Below are positions 7,697-17,638 of a stretch of 64,000 bases of DNA, piece by piece. The notes beneath the pieces were generated by a model, which was given only the letters and a program-made list of their open reading frames with translations, did not search any database and was not told the origin of the DNA. Origin of the DNA: Flavobacteriales bacterium (GTDB lineage: Bacteria > Bacteroidota > Bacteroidia > Flavobacteriales_F > PHOS-HE28); contig JADJWA010000001.1 in NCBI GenBank assembly GCA_016716605.1, positions 2,349,342 to 2,413,341 on the forward strand, written 5' to 3'. The translations under genes and the position numbers were made by a program. Position 1 is the stretch's first letter; every line of letters starts with the position of its first letter.

Positions 7697-10600
7697 ATGT
7701 CCCCACTCTACGCACGCTCCTTCCGCATCCTGATCATCGCAGTTTGCCTCCTTAGCGCATGCGTGCCCGTGGGCACGGAGGACCACATGCCTGAACGGAC
7801 CCCTCTGAAGTCGGTCGCACAAGCAGAGAGGCCGACGCCGTGGCTTCCGATCCTGGGCGCGGCTTCCTTCCAGCCCGATGGCCCGCAACTGCCCGAGTTA
7901 GAAGGCGCGGGCAACGCGGCTATCCCCGAATACTGGTATGCCAGCATCCAAGCCGATATCGCCGCCAGCGAGTACCACATCAACTGGCGTGAGGACCTGG
8001 GAGCGTACCAGAGTCCCAACCGCGCTCAGGACCTGCGGATCACCTACCGCCACGATGGCTTCCGCGTGCAACCCCGTGTCGATGGCGAGGCATGGGAGGT
8101 GGAGCTCACCCTGGATCGCATCGGTAAGCCGGGCGATTGGTCAACCCCGTCTGACTCAGCATCCATGAGGGCTGAGGGTACTACGCTTGTCGTAGACCAT
8201 GGCAACTTCACCATGGATTACCAAAACCGCGAGGAGGGGATGCGGCAGAACTTCGTAGTAAAGGACCGGCCGCGGGGGTATGGCAGCCTGGAGGTGCGGA
8301 TCAGGGCGACCAGCGAGTTGAAGGCCATCGACCAAGGGGGGGGGCACATTGCTTTCTGCGAAGCTGTGAACAACGGCTCGAGTTACACGCCAAGCGTCTG
8401 GTACAAGGACTTGCATGTGTGGGACGCTCAAGGCGATACGCTCGAAGCTTCTATGCACTTGGAGGGGGAATACATCGCTGTTACTGTAGTGGAGGAAGAT
8501 GCGGCCTATCCGATCACCATTGACCCCATTGTGACAAGCGCACCATGGATCGCGAATGGCTTGGTGCATAATCAGCAGTTCGGCTTTAGTGCAGTAATGG
8601 ATGGCGACCTGAACGGAGATGGGTACGATGATGCCATCATTGGGGCACCTGGCTACGCGAGCAGCATCACGGCCGGTCGGGTGTATGTCTATCACGGGTC
8701 ATATAGCGGGCTGCCATCAATTGCAACACTTACGCTCAATCCCACGGCAGGTACGAGCTGGTTCGGGAACAGCGTGGCATATGCGGGCGATGTGAACAAT
8801 GATGGATTTGACGATGTGATTATCGGTGCGGAAGGCTACAGCAATGGCCAGGCCAATGAAGGGCGGGCGTACGTCTACTATGGATCTGCGGCTGGGCTTA
8901 TCACGGCAGCCCCATGGACCGTCGAGAGCAATCAAGCGGGAGCCAATCTCGGTTCTAGTGTTGCAAGAGCGGGCGATGTGAACAACGATGGTTATGACGA
9001 CATCATCATTGGTGCAGAGGGATACAGCAATGGCCAAGCTGGTGAAGGTCGCTCATTCGTTCACCTTGGGTCCGCTGCTGGTGTTCAAGCCGCAGCAATA
9101 TGGTTCGCAGAAAGCAACGTAGCCTCCTCTAGGTTTGGATGCAGCGTTTCCTCCGCTGGAGATGTGAATGGAGATGGGTTTGACGATGTGGTCATTGGGG
9201 CATTGCTTTATAACAACGGTCAAGCAGGTGAAGGAGGGGCGTTTGTCTTTCACGGCTCGGCTCTTGGGCCATCGGCGACCCCGAATTGGAGCACTGAATC
9301 CAACCAGGTGAACGCATACATGGGCATCGATGTGAGCTGGGCAGGTGATGTGAACGGCGATGGATTCGATGATATCCTCGTTGGGTCAAGTGGATTCAAC
9401 GGCGGGCAAGCAGGTGAGGGTCGCGCTTCCGTTTTTCACGGGTCGGCGTCTGGTCTATCGGCCTTGGCGTCATGGACAATGGAGACCAATGTCGTGTTTG
9501 ACAGTTTCTCAAGTACGGTTGAAGGCGTTGGTGATGTGAACAGCGATGGATTCGCCGATGTATTTGTCGGATCCATGACGAGCGGAAAGGCGCGGATATA
9601 CGGCGGCTCAGCTGCTGGTCTCATGATCGTGCCGATATGGTCCGAGCCTTTCGTTTACTCGAATTTCGGTGCAAGTGGTGGATCCACAGGCGATGTGAAC
9701 GGAGATGGGTTCCTCGACCTCATTATTGGCACGGGCATTTATCCACATTCTAACACGCACGGAACTGCATTTGTCTTCATGGGTGGCCTGAACGGGTTCG
9801 GCTCAACGCTGGCCTGGTTCGAGGATGCGAATCAGACGAATGCGGGTTTAGGATTTTCTGTCAGTAGCGCGGGCGATGTCAACGGTGATGGCTTCAGCGA
9901 TGTCATCATTGGTGCACCCAGTTATGACCTCGGTCAGCTCGACGAAGGAGTGGCGTTTCTCTATCACGGATCAGCGAATGGCCTGTCTGGCGCGCCGATT
10001 CGAATACTACAGGGAAATGTGGCGAATGCGCGGTTCGGCGGTTGGGTTTCCACGGCTGGTGACGTCAATGCGGATGGATTCGCTGATGTGATCATCGGGG
10101 CCCCGCACTGGAACGGCTTGCAGGGGCGTGTTTACCTGTACTTGGGCTCATCGGCAAGTGTTCCGCTGGTCGAATCGTGGACGTACTCACCGGCAGCTGG
10201 ATTGATCTATTTCGGATTAAGGGTCTCTGCTGCTGGCGACATTGATGGGGATGGGTACAGTGATTTTCTTGTGGGCACTTTACCTGGTGCCTTTTATGTA
10301 TTCGAAGGCACTTCCACAGGAGTCCCTGGCATACCGACCGTAGTTAGCGGAGCAGGAATCGCCTTGTCTGGGGCAGGCGATGTGAATGGGGATGGTTACA
10401 GTGACGTGATAGCAGGTTGCGGATATTGCGGTGTTCCGATCAACTCAGGGTCGGCTTCGGTTTATTTGGGGTCGCCTGCGGGTCTTTCGGCCGTTGCCTC
10501 CTGGACGAACACGATGGGGCAGATCAACTCGTACTTTGGGATAAGCGTGAACTCCGCTGGAGATGTGAATGGTGACGGATATTCAGATGTTGTCATTGGA

Positions 10601-13309
10601 GCTTACGGCTATAGCAATGGACAGGCTGGCGAAGGATCCGCCTTCATCTTCCATGGGTCTTCAACAGGGTTGCCGGTGAACCCTGATGTAAGCATCGAAT
10701 CGAACCAGAGTGGGGCAAGTTTAGGCTGGGGCGTTGCATGCGCAGGAGACGTGGATGGCGATGGTTATAGCGAAGTGGTGATCGGTGCCCCGTACTTTGA
10801 TGCAGGCCAGCTCAATGAAGGCGCCGTGTTCATCTATCGTGGTGGATCTGCAGGTCTTGCGACCACAGCATTCTGGTCGGCCGAAAGCAACCAGAGCAAT
10901 GCGAACTTCGGCTGGAGCGTCTCAAGCGCCGGCGATGTCAATGGCGATGGGTACAGCGACATCGTGACGGGCACTCCATTTTATGATCGTGGCCAGGCAG
11001 ATGAGGGTGCGGCATTCCTCTATCACGGCAGCGCCTCCACACTTGCCGCTCAGGAAAGTTGGACCGCAGAGTGCGACCAGGCGAATGCGCAATATGGTTG
11101 GAGTGTCGCTACTGCTGGTGATGTGAATGGCGATGGGTTCAGTGATGTTCTCGTCGGAGCACCGCTTTTCGATAATGGCGAAGTAGATGAGGGAAGGGCC
11201 TTCATCTACAATGGCTCGCTTGCCGGTCCTGCAAGTTCCCCATCGTGGATCAATGAAGGTAACCAAGCAGGTGCCCGGTATGGTCATTCTTTGGCTGGGG
11301 CGGGGGATGTCAATGGTGACGGCTACAGTGATGTCATCATCGGGGCACCCCAGTATGACAATGGAGAGGTCGACGAAGGGCGAGCGTATGTTTATCTGGG
11401 CAGTGCAAGCGGCGTCGCTTTGCCCGCTTCGTGGACCACCGAAAGCAATCAAACCGGTGCGCAGCTCGGCTATAGTGTCGCGAGCGCTGGTGATGTCAAT
11501 GGTGACGCCTTCAGCGAGGTCATAGTTGGGTCACCATACTACGACAACGGCCAGATTGATGAGGGTATGGTGCAAGTATATCATGGTTCGCTAGTCGGCC
11601 TTTCCATTCTGCCGAATTGGTCGGCAGAGAGCAACCAAGTTGGGGCTCGCTTCGGGGAGAGCGTGGCAGGAGTCGGTAGCTTGAACAACGACCCTTTTGG
11701 AGACGTGGTCATCGGCGCCCCGGGCTGGGATAATGGCCATGTTGATGAAGGCAAGGCATACGGCTATCACGGTTCCATCGTCGGGCTGGCGGCTATTCCT
11801 GCTTGGCAAAGTGAGGGGCAGACCACGAACAGGCGATTCGGGCAGAGCGTCTCAAGTGTTGGCGATGTGAACGGTGATGGATTCAATGAGGTCCTGATTG
11901 GCGGTGCGAACGGTTCTTGGATCTATCACGGTGGAACTGCGGGAATAAGCCTGAGCCACACTACAACTGCACCTGCGTTCACCAGCAATGCGAGTTTACC
12001 CTTCGCAGGAAACCGTTGCGCCGGCGCGGGCGATGTGAACGGCGATGGTTATAGCGACGTGGTAACAGGGGAAATCACTTTCGACAACCCTCAGGTTGAT
12101 GAAGGGAGAACGATTGTGTCGCACGGTTCTCCCGGAGGTATTGGCCTGCTCCCAAATTGGGCCATGGAAAGCAATCAGGCGGGATCCGGTTTTGGGATTG
12201 CGGCCAGCAGTGCAGGCGATGTGAACGGTGACGGTTATGGTGATGTGATCGTAGGCGCCCACCTTTACGACAATGGTCAAGCGGATGAGGGTAGGGCGTT
12301 AATCATCTACGGGAACAATGGGACCGGATTAAGGCACAATATGCGCCTATACAACAACGATCTTGCTGCACCAATTAGTTCCGCCAATACCACTTCCGGT
12401 ACATTCGGGGCAGGCCTCTACGCGAAGCCCTTCCTTGGGAGCCAGTTCGTCAGGAGCGTATGGGAAACAAGGCTTCACGGCCAGGCATTCAGCAGTGGAG
12501 CTGGTCGGATCACGAACAGCACTGCGTCTACGGCTCAGCAAGTTGCAAGCGGCTCATCGGGAACCGGCGGGACTGAACGAAAAGATGTGGTCACCAAGCT
12601 ATCGGGCGGGGGGCCAGTGAACGCCACCCGCGTTCGCGCACGGCTCCGATACAGCATGGCCACCGCCATCACGGGCCAGGTGTTCGGCCCGTGGCGCTAC
12701 ATGCCCGGCTTCCACGACGGCCACGGCACGCACAACAACATTCCGCTTCCAGTGGAGCTTTTGTACCAGCAGGCAACCTGCGAGAGCAAACAGGTGCTGC
12801 TCGAATGGGCCACCGGCAGCGAACTCAACAACAGCCACTTCGTGGTGGAGCGGAGCGAGGAGGGCACGGAGTGGAAGGACGTGAGCGTGGTGCCGGGTGC
12901 CGGAACCAGTTTGCAATTGATTGAATACCGGTGGACAGATGATGATCCCTCGAATGCACAAGTGGTTTACTACAGGCTACGCCAGGTTGATCTGGATGGG
13001 CGTGAGGAAGTCTTCCAGATGATTCCTGTGGCGAATTGCGGCGGTAGCAGCGCAGTGATCACGGCCTACCCGAATCCGGCAACAGACCTGCTGCACGTTT
13101 CCATCAACGTTGCCGAAGCCATCGACGGCGGTCGCTTGGAATTGCGCGATGCCATGGCGCGTCCGGTCTACAGCAAGATCCTATCGGTTGAGGCTGGGCA
13201 GAGCACCATCCAATTCGACATGAGCGGGCTGGCGTCCGGGTCCTACCTGCTTCAGCTTACCGATGCGCGCGGCGCCACCGTGGACAAGATCCACGTGGTG
13301 AAGCTGTGA
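7697..13309 (+). CDS. Giant FG-GAP-repeat (integrin-alpha-like) surface protein with T9SS type-A C-terminal sorting domain
   Basis: 1870 aa. The N-terminus is lipoprotein-like (LLSAC). There are about 21 repeats of …AGDVNGDG(F/Y)xDV(I/V)IGAP…G…EGRAYVY.GS. The C-terminus is …YPNPATDLLHV…GSYLLQLTD…KIHVVKL. Confidence 0.85.
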   Translation: MSPLYARSFRILIIAVCLLSACVPVGTEDHMPERTPLKSVAQAERPTPWLPILGAASFQPDGPQLPELEGAGNAAIPEYWYASIQADIAASEYHINWREDLGAYQSPNRAQDLRITYRHDGFRVQPRVDGEAWEVELTLDRIGKPGDWSTPSDSASMRAEGTTLVVDHGNFTMDYQNREEGMRQNFVVKDRPRGYGSLEVRIRATSELKAIDQGGGHIAFCEAVNNGSSYTPSVWYKDLHVWDAQGDTLEASMHLEGEYIAVTVVEEDAAYPITIDPIVTSAPWIANGLVHNQQFGFSAVMDGDLNGDGYDDAIIGAPGYASSITAGRVYVYHGSYSGLPSIATLTLNPTAGTSWFGNSVAYAGDVNNDGFDDVIIGAEGYSNGQANEGRAYVYYGSAAGLITAAPWTVESNQAGANLGSSVARAGDVNNDGYDDIIIGAEGYSNGQAGEGRSFVHLGSAAGVQAAAIWFAESNVASSRFGCSVSSAGDVNGDGFDDVVIGALLYNNGQAGEGGAFVFHGSALGPSATPNWSTESNQVNAYMGIDVSWAGDVNGDGFDDILVGSSGFNGGQAGEGRASVFHGSASGLSALASWTMETNVVFDSFSSTVEGVGDVNSDGFADVFVGSMTSGKARIYGGSAAGLMIVPIWSEPFVYSNFGASGGSTGDVNGDGFLDLIIGTGIYPHSNTHGTAFVFMGGLNGFGSTLAWFEDANQTNAGLGFSVSSAGDVNGDGFSDVIIGAPSYDLGQLDEGVAFLYHGSANGLSGAPIRILQGNVANARFGGWVSTAGDVNADGFADVIIGAPHWNGLQGRVYLYLGSSASVPLVESWTYSPAAGLIYFGLRVSAAGDIDGDGYSDFLVGTLPGAFYVFEGTSTGVPGIPTVVSGAGIALSGAGDVNGDGYSDVIAGCGYCGVPINSGSASVYLGSPAGLSAVASWTNTMGQINSYFGISVNSAGDVNGDGYSDVVIGAYGYSNGQAGEGSAFIFHGSSTGLPVNPDVSIESNQSGASLGWGVACAGDVDGDGYSEVVIGAPYFDAGQLNEGAVFIYRGGSAGLATTAFWSAESNQSNANFGWSVSSAGDVNGDGYSDIVTGTPFYDRGQADEGAAFLYHGSASTLAAQESWTAECDQANAQYGWSVATAGDVNGDGFSDVLVGAPLFDNGEVDEGRAFIYNGSLAGPASSPSWINEGNQAGARYGHSLAGAGDVNGDGYSDVIIGAPQYDNGEVDEGRAYVYLGSASGVALPASWTTESNQTGAQLGYSVASAGDVNGDAFSEVIVGSPYYDNGQIDEGMVQVYHGSLVGLSILPNWSAESNQVGARFGESVAGVGSLNNDPFGDVVIGAPGWDNGHVDEGKAYGYHGSIVGLAAIPAWQSEGQTTNRRFGQSVSSVGDVNGDGFNEVLIGGANGSWIYHGGTAGISLSHTTTAPAFTSNASLPFAGNRCAGAGDVNGDGYSDVVTGEITFDNPQVDEGRTIVSHGSPGGIGLLPNWAMESNQAGSGFGIAASSAGDVNGDGYGDVIVGAHLYDNGQADEGRALIIYGNNGTGLRHNMRLYNNDLAAPISSANTTSGTFGAGLYAKPFLGSQFVRSVWETRLHGQAFSSGAGRITNSTASTAQQVASGSSGTGGTERKDVVTKLSGGGPVNATRVRARLRYSMATAITGQVFGPWRYMPGFHDGHGTHNNIPLPVELLYQQATCESKQVLLEWATGSELNNSHFVVERSEEGTEWKDVSVVPGAGTSLQLIEYRWTDDDPSNAQVVYYRLRQVDLDGREEVFQMIPVANCGGSSAVITAYPNPATDLLHVSINVAEAIDGGRLELRDAMARPVYSKILSVEAGQSTIQFDMSGLASGSYLLQLTDARGATVDKIHVVKL
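8560..12330 (+). repeat. About 21 tandem FG-GAP units (roughly 180 bp / 60 aa each) inside the giant CDS
   Basis: The GDVNGDG-centred motif was counted in the translation. The units have diverged at the nucleotide level. Confidence 0.8.
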
Positions 13310-13348
13310 GCCCTCGAGCGATCAACGGAACAGGAACGAACAAACCCC

Positions 13349-14374
13349 ATGGCCATGAACACACCCTTACGCGCTCTCTCATTCGCATTCGCGAGCGTCT
13401 GCGCGACAACCCTCGCCGCCCAGCCGACCTTGACCAGCTCCAACTACGTTCCGGTTTTCGGCATGGAGCGGGAGTATGAATGCGCCTCGATCGCTGATCC
13501 CGGTCCGGTCGGTGCCGATGCGATCTGGGATTTCTCCACCGTGGATCCGTTCTTCGACTGGGACATGAGCTATTACGATCACACGCAGGATCAGTACGCC
13601 GCCGATTTCCCCAACGCTACGCACGGCGGTAACGCAGTGCATGCCGATAACTTTTATTATGCCGCAAGTGCCACGGGCATCGAGATGCTCGGCTTCAAGT
13701 ACTACGACGCCGGGCTCAACCAGCCCTTCTTCGACCTGGCAACGGATCCCCTGCTGTTCCTGCCCTTCCCATGCGCATACGGCACAGCATGGGATGATGA
13801 TGGTGCGGGCACGTACCGTACTTATGAGACGGCCGGAGTGCGCACCTACGTGGCGAACATCACCGGAGAAGCAACCGGTTATGGCACGCTCATCCTGCCC
13901 AACGGCACCTACAATGATGTGCTGCGCGTGGATTGGGTGCGTTACATCAACGTGAACAACCTGGAGGTCGGCTACGAATGGACGATGTCATCGTTCTACC
14001 TGGCAGGTTTTCCGCTCCCTGTGGCGGAATGGGAGCGCAAGAAGACCTGGATCCTTGGAGAACTCCTGGATGATCCGTTGGAAGGCAAGTTCTGCTGGTT
14101 GCTCGATCCTGCGATGCAACTCGACAAGGATGAAGCGCCTTTCGCTTTCTCCGTCACCCCGAACCCGGCCGAGGACCAGGTCGTGGTGCAACTCGGGGTG
14201 GTGGACCCAGCCGCTGTGGTCAGCATCTCGGATGCGGCTGGCCGGTTGGTGATGCAGCGTCCGGCATCGGGCGATCGGTTGGTGCTGGACATTGCTGACC
14301 TGCAACCCGGCGCCTACCAGCTTTCCGTGATGACAGCCGGCACAGCGCAGGCGCGACAGTTCATCAAGCTGTAA
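13349..14374 (+). CDS. Hypothetical secreted protein with T9SS C-terminal sorting domain
   Basis: Signal peptide (MAMNTPLRALSFAFASVCATTLAAQ) and an aromatic-rich body. The C-terminus is …FSVTPNPAEDQVVVQL…GAYQLSVMT…QFIKL. Confidence 0.6.
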   Translation: MAMNTPLRALSFAFASVCATTLAAQPTLTSSNYVPVFGMEREYECASIADPGPVGADAIWDFSTVDPFFDWDMSYYDHTQDQYAADFPNATHGGNAVHADNFYYAASATGIEMLGFKYYDAGLNQPFFDLATDPLLFLPFPCAYGTAWDDDGAGTYRTYETAGVRTYVANITGEATGYGTLILPNGTYNDVLRVDWVRYINVNNLEVGYEWTMSSFYLAGFPLPVAEWERKKTWILGELLDDPLEGKFCWLLDPAMQLDKDEAPFAFSVTPNPAEDQVVVQLGVVDPAAVVSISDAAGRLVMQRPASGDRLVLDIADLQPGAYQLSVMTAGTAQARQFIKL

Positions 14375-14460
14375 GCAGTCCGGTCAGGACCGTGCGGGAG
14401 GCTCCCGCTCCTCGTCACGATCCGTAATGATCGGGCCCGATTCCCATGCACTTGCGGGCG

Positions 14461-14470
14461 CTACTTTCGC
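14461..14470 (+). promoter_or_regulatory. Candidate -7 promoter element CTACTTTCGC upstream of acnA
   Basis: Same motif as at 704 and 17603. It lies about 20 bp upstream of the acnA ATG. Confidence 0.4.
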
Positions 14471-14491
14471 GGCCGCAAATCCAGCCTATTG

Positions 14492-16765
14492 ATGAGCCAG
14501 ATCTTCGACTTGGAAATGATCCGCGCGGTCTATGGCCGCTACCCCGCCCGTATCGCCGCTGCCCGCAAAGCGGTTGGTAAGCCGCTCACCCTCTCGGAGA
14601 AGATCCTCTACGCCCATCTGTGGGACGGCGATGCGAAGACCGCCTTCGGCCGCGGCAAGGATTACGTCGATTTCGCGCCCGACCGTGTGGCCATGCAGGA
14701 CGCCACCGCGCAGATGGCCTTGCTGCAGTTCAGCACCACCGGCCGGAAGACCGTTGCTGTGCCCAGCACCGTGCATTGCGATCACCTGATCCAGGCGCGC
14801 GTGGGCGCGAAGCAGGATCTGCAGGACGCGCTGCTGAAGAGCAACGAGGTCTTCAACTTCCTCGAGAGCATCAGCAACAAATACGGCATCGGCTTCTGGA
14901 AGCCGGGCGCCGGCATCATCCACCAAGTGGTGCTGGAGCAGTACGCCTTCCCGGGCGGCATGATGATCGGCACCGACAGCCATACGGTGAACGCCGGTGG
15001 CCTGGGCATGATCGCCATCGGCGTGGGCGGTGCCGATGCCTGCGACGTGATGAGCGGCCTCGCTTGGGAACTCAAATGGCCCAAGCTCATCGGTGTGAAG
15101 CTCACCGGCAAGCTCAGCGGCTGGGCCAGTCCGAAGGATGTGATCCTGAAGGTGGCGGGCATCCTCACCGTGAAGGGCGGCACGGGCGCCATCGTGGAGT
15201 ATTTCGGCCCCGGCGCCGAGAGCATGAGCTGCACGGGCAAGGGCACCATTGCCAACATGGGCGCGGAGATCGGCGCCACCACCAGCACCTTCAGCTACGA
15301 CGACTCGATGAGCCGCTACCTGAAGGGAACCGGCCGCGCGGAAGTGGCCGCCATGGCCGATGCGATCAAGGAGCACCTGCAAGGCGATCCGGAGGTCTAT
15401 GCCGATCCGGCGAACTACTTCGATCAGGTCATCGAGATCAACCTGAGCGAATTGGAGCCCCATGTGAACGGTCCCTTCACGCCGGACCTGGCGCACCCCA
15501 TCAGCGAGTTCGCCGCAGCCGTGAAGAAGAACGGCTGGCCCGCCAAACTGGAAGTGGGCCTCATCGGATCATGCACCAACAGCAGCTACGAGGACCTTAC
15601 CCGCAGCGCCTCGCTCGCGCAGCAGGCCATCGACAAGAAGCTGAAGGCGAAGAGCGAATTCACCATCACGCCGGGCAGCGAAGTGGTCCGCTACACCGCT
15701 GAGCGCGATGGCCTGCTGAAGACCTTCGATGCCATGGGCGGCGTGGTGCTCGCGAATGCCTGCGGCCCATGCATCGGCCAGTGGGCGCGCCACACCGATG
15801 ACCCGAACCGGAAGAACTCGATCATCACCAGCTTCAACCGCAACTTCGCGAAGCGCAACGATGGCAATGCCAACACGCACGCCTTCGTCGCCAGTCCGGA
15901 GATCGTCACTGCGCTGGCCATCGCCGGAGATCTCACCTTCAATCCGCTCACCGATTCGCTGATCAACGAGGAGGGCGTGAGCGTGAAGCTTGATGAGCCG
16001 AAAGGCCTGGAGTTGCCCCCGAAGGGCTTCAGCGTGCAGGACCCCGGCTACAAGGCCCCCGCCGCCGATGGCAGCGCCGTGAAGGTGGAAGTGAAGCCCG
16101 ACAGCGAGCGCCTTCAGCTCCTCGAGCCCTTCCCCGCGTGGAACGGCAAGAACATCTCCGATGCCGTGGTGCTGATCAAGGCCAAGGGCAAGTGCACCAC
16201 CGACCATATCAGCATGGCCGGTCCTTGGCTGCGCTACCGCGGCCACTTGGACAACATCAGCAACAATACGCTGATCGGTGCCACCAACGCCTTCAATGGA
16301 GAGACCGACAAGGTGAAGAGCCAATTGACCGGCGAATACGGACCGGTACCGGCCACCCAGCGCGGCTACAAAGCCGCTGGCGTTCCCAGCATCATCGTGG
16401 GCGACCACAACTACGGCGAGGGCTCATCGCGTGAGCATGCCGCCATGCAGCCGCGCCACCTCGGCGTGAGCGCCGTACTGGTGAAGAGCTTCGCGCGCAT
16501 CCACGAGACCAATTTGAAGAAGCAGGGTATGCTCGCCCTCACCTTCGCCAACGAAGCCGATTACGACAAGATCCAGGAGGACGACCGCATCGACTTCACG
16601 GACCTCACCGCCTTCGCGCCGGGCAAGCCGCTGACCCTTGTCTTCAAGCACAAGGGCGGCAGCAGCGACACCATCGCCTGCAACCACACCTACAATGCCC
16701 AGCAGATCGAGTGGTTCAAGTCTGGCGGCGCGCTGAACATCATCCGGGCGCAGCAGAAGGGCTGA
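14492..16765 (+). CDS. acnA: Aconitate hydratase (aconitase A type)
   Basis: About 757 aa. The Fe-S ligand motifs IGSCTNSS and [10 protein letters not shown] and the [15 protein letters not shown] swivel-domain signature are present. The ORF table starts at TTG 14489; the ATG at 14492 is preferred. Confidence 0.92.
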   Translation: MSQIFDLEMIRAVYGRYPARIAAARKAVGKPLTLSEKILYAHLWDGDAKTAFGRGKDYVDFAPDRVAMQDATAQMALLQFSTTGRKTVAVPSTVHCDHLIQARVGAKQDLQDALLKSNEVFNFLESISNKYGIGFWKPGAGIIHQVVLEQYAFPGGMMIGTDSHTVNAGGLGMIAIGVGGADACDVMSGLAWELKWPKLIGVKLTGKLSGWASPKDVILKVAGILTVKGGTGAIVEYFGPGAESMSCTGKGTIANMGAEIGATTSTFSYDDSMSRYLKGTGRAEVAAMADAIKEHLQGDPEVYADPANYFDQVIEINLSELEPHVNGPFTPDLAHPISEFAAAVKKNGWPAKLEVGLIGSCTNSSYEDLTRSASLAQQAIDKKLKAKSEFTITPGSEVVRYTAERDGLLKTFDAMGGVVLANACGPCIGQWARHTDDPNRKNSIITSFNRNFAKRNDGNANTHAFVASPEIVTALAIAGDLTFNPLTDSLINEEGVSVKLDEPKGLELPPKGFSVQDPGYKAPAADGSAVKVEVKPDSERLQLLEPFPAWNGKNISDAVVLIKAKGKCTTDHISMAGPWLRYRGHLDNISNNTLIGATNAFNGETDKVKSQLTGEYGPVPATQRGYKAAGVPSIIVGDHNYGEGSSREHAAMQPRHLGVSAVLVKSFARIHETNLKKQGMLALTFANEADYDKIQEDDRIDFTDLTAFAPGKPLTLVFKHKGGSSDTIACNHTYNAQQIEWFKSGGALNIIRAQQKG

Positions 16766-16782
16766 GCTCATTCGCCATCTGA

Positions 16783-16812
16783 AATGAAGAAAGCCCCTCC
16801 GAAGAGGGGCTT
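16783..16812. terminator. Bidirectional rho-independent terminator between convergent acnA and the OMP gene
   Basis: Hairpin AAAGCCCCTC-CGAA-GAGGGGCTTT followed by TCCTTTG. Confidence 0.6.
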
Positions 16813-16835
16813 TCCTTTGTCACTGATCAACTCGA

Positions 16836-17495
16836 CTAGTTGTCCCAGCCGAAGAACCACATGAACGAGAGCTGATTCCCGGTATTCAGCGTGATCGTGG
16901 CGGCTTCGAATTCGGTATCGTCATCCTTGCTGATGTCCGTGAGGCCAAGGAAGCCGCGATACCCTACGCCCCAGCCGGCTTCGTTGATGTAACCAAGGCC
17001 GTAGGTCCAGCCGAAGTCCGTGCCGTTCAGGTAATCCTTGTACTTCTCCTTGATCTGATTTCCGCTCCCGTCAACGCTGTCGAATTCGCTTTCTCCATCA
17101 ACACTGGCACCGAGCAGGAATGCGAGGTAGGGTCCGGTCTCGAAGTACAGGCCGAAGTTCAAGCGGTAGCGCGCCTGGATCGGGACGCTGAGGTAGCTGA
17201 TGGAATAGGGCAGTGTTTCCGTGCCCCCGTTCGCATTGATCGTCTCGTACTTAGCGCCTTGGCCGCTGTACAGCAGCTCAGCGAGAATGGAGAAATTCCC
17301 ATTCCGACCTAGCCCGTAATTGGCGATTCCGCCCAGGTGCAGCCCGAGTTTGCTCTTGCTCACGTAACCGCTCTCGTTGCTTGGAAGATTGGTGATGTTC
17401 AACCCGGCCTTCGCGCCGAACTTCAGGCCCTCGCCTTGGGCCATTGCACCGGTGCCGATGGCCGCAGCGCTGAGGATGGTAAGCAGTCGTTTCAT
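16836..17495 (-). CDS. Outer-membrane beta-barrel protein (OMP_b-brl / opacity-porin-like)
   Basis: 219 aa from the MKRLLTILSAAAIGTGAMAQ signal peptide. The body is alternating amphipathic with aromatic girdles and a C-terminal aromatic residue. The ORF-table start at 17588 looks like a spurious extension. Confidence 0.65.
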   Translation of the reverse strand: MKRLLTILSAAAIGTGAMAQGEGLKFGAKAGLNITNLPSNESGYVSKSKLGLHLGGIANYGLGRNGNFSILAELLYSGQGAKYETINANGGTETLPYSISYLSVPIQARYRLNFGLYFETGPYLAFLLGASVDGESEFDSVDGSGNQIKEKYKDYLNGTDFGWTYGLGYINEAGWGVGYRGFLGLTDISKDDDTEFEAATITLNTGNQLSFMWFFGWDN

Positions 17496-17602
17496 GTGTT
17501 GTGATTTGTGTTTGGGCGGGCAATATAGGCTAGTCGTCTGTGCAGATGCACTGAGCTTGGGCACGGTGCTTGCCAAGCGCGCCCCCATCTTACGGGCACG
17601 CG

Positions 17603-17618
17603 CTACTTTCGCCCGCCT
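17603..17618 (+). promoter_or_regulatory. Candidate -7 promoter element (GCTACTTTCGCCCGCCTC)
   Basis: 16-mer identical to the one at 704-719. It lies 20 bp upstream of the OmpA-family gene ATG at 17639. Confidence 0.45.
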
Positions 17619-17638
17619 CGCATCTAAAGCACCAGCAC

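Noticed and set aside
14486-16408. Long minus-strand ORFs (14486-15496, 15569-16408) and the +2-frame ORF 14620-15702 across acnA
   Set aside because: They overlap an unambiguous aconitase CDS. Their compositions are dominated by R/G/A/H.
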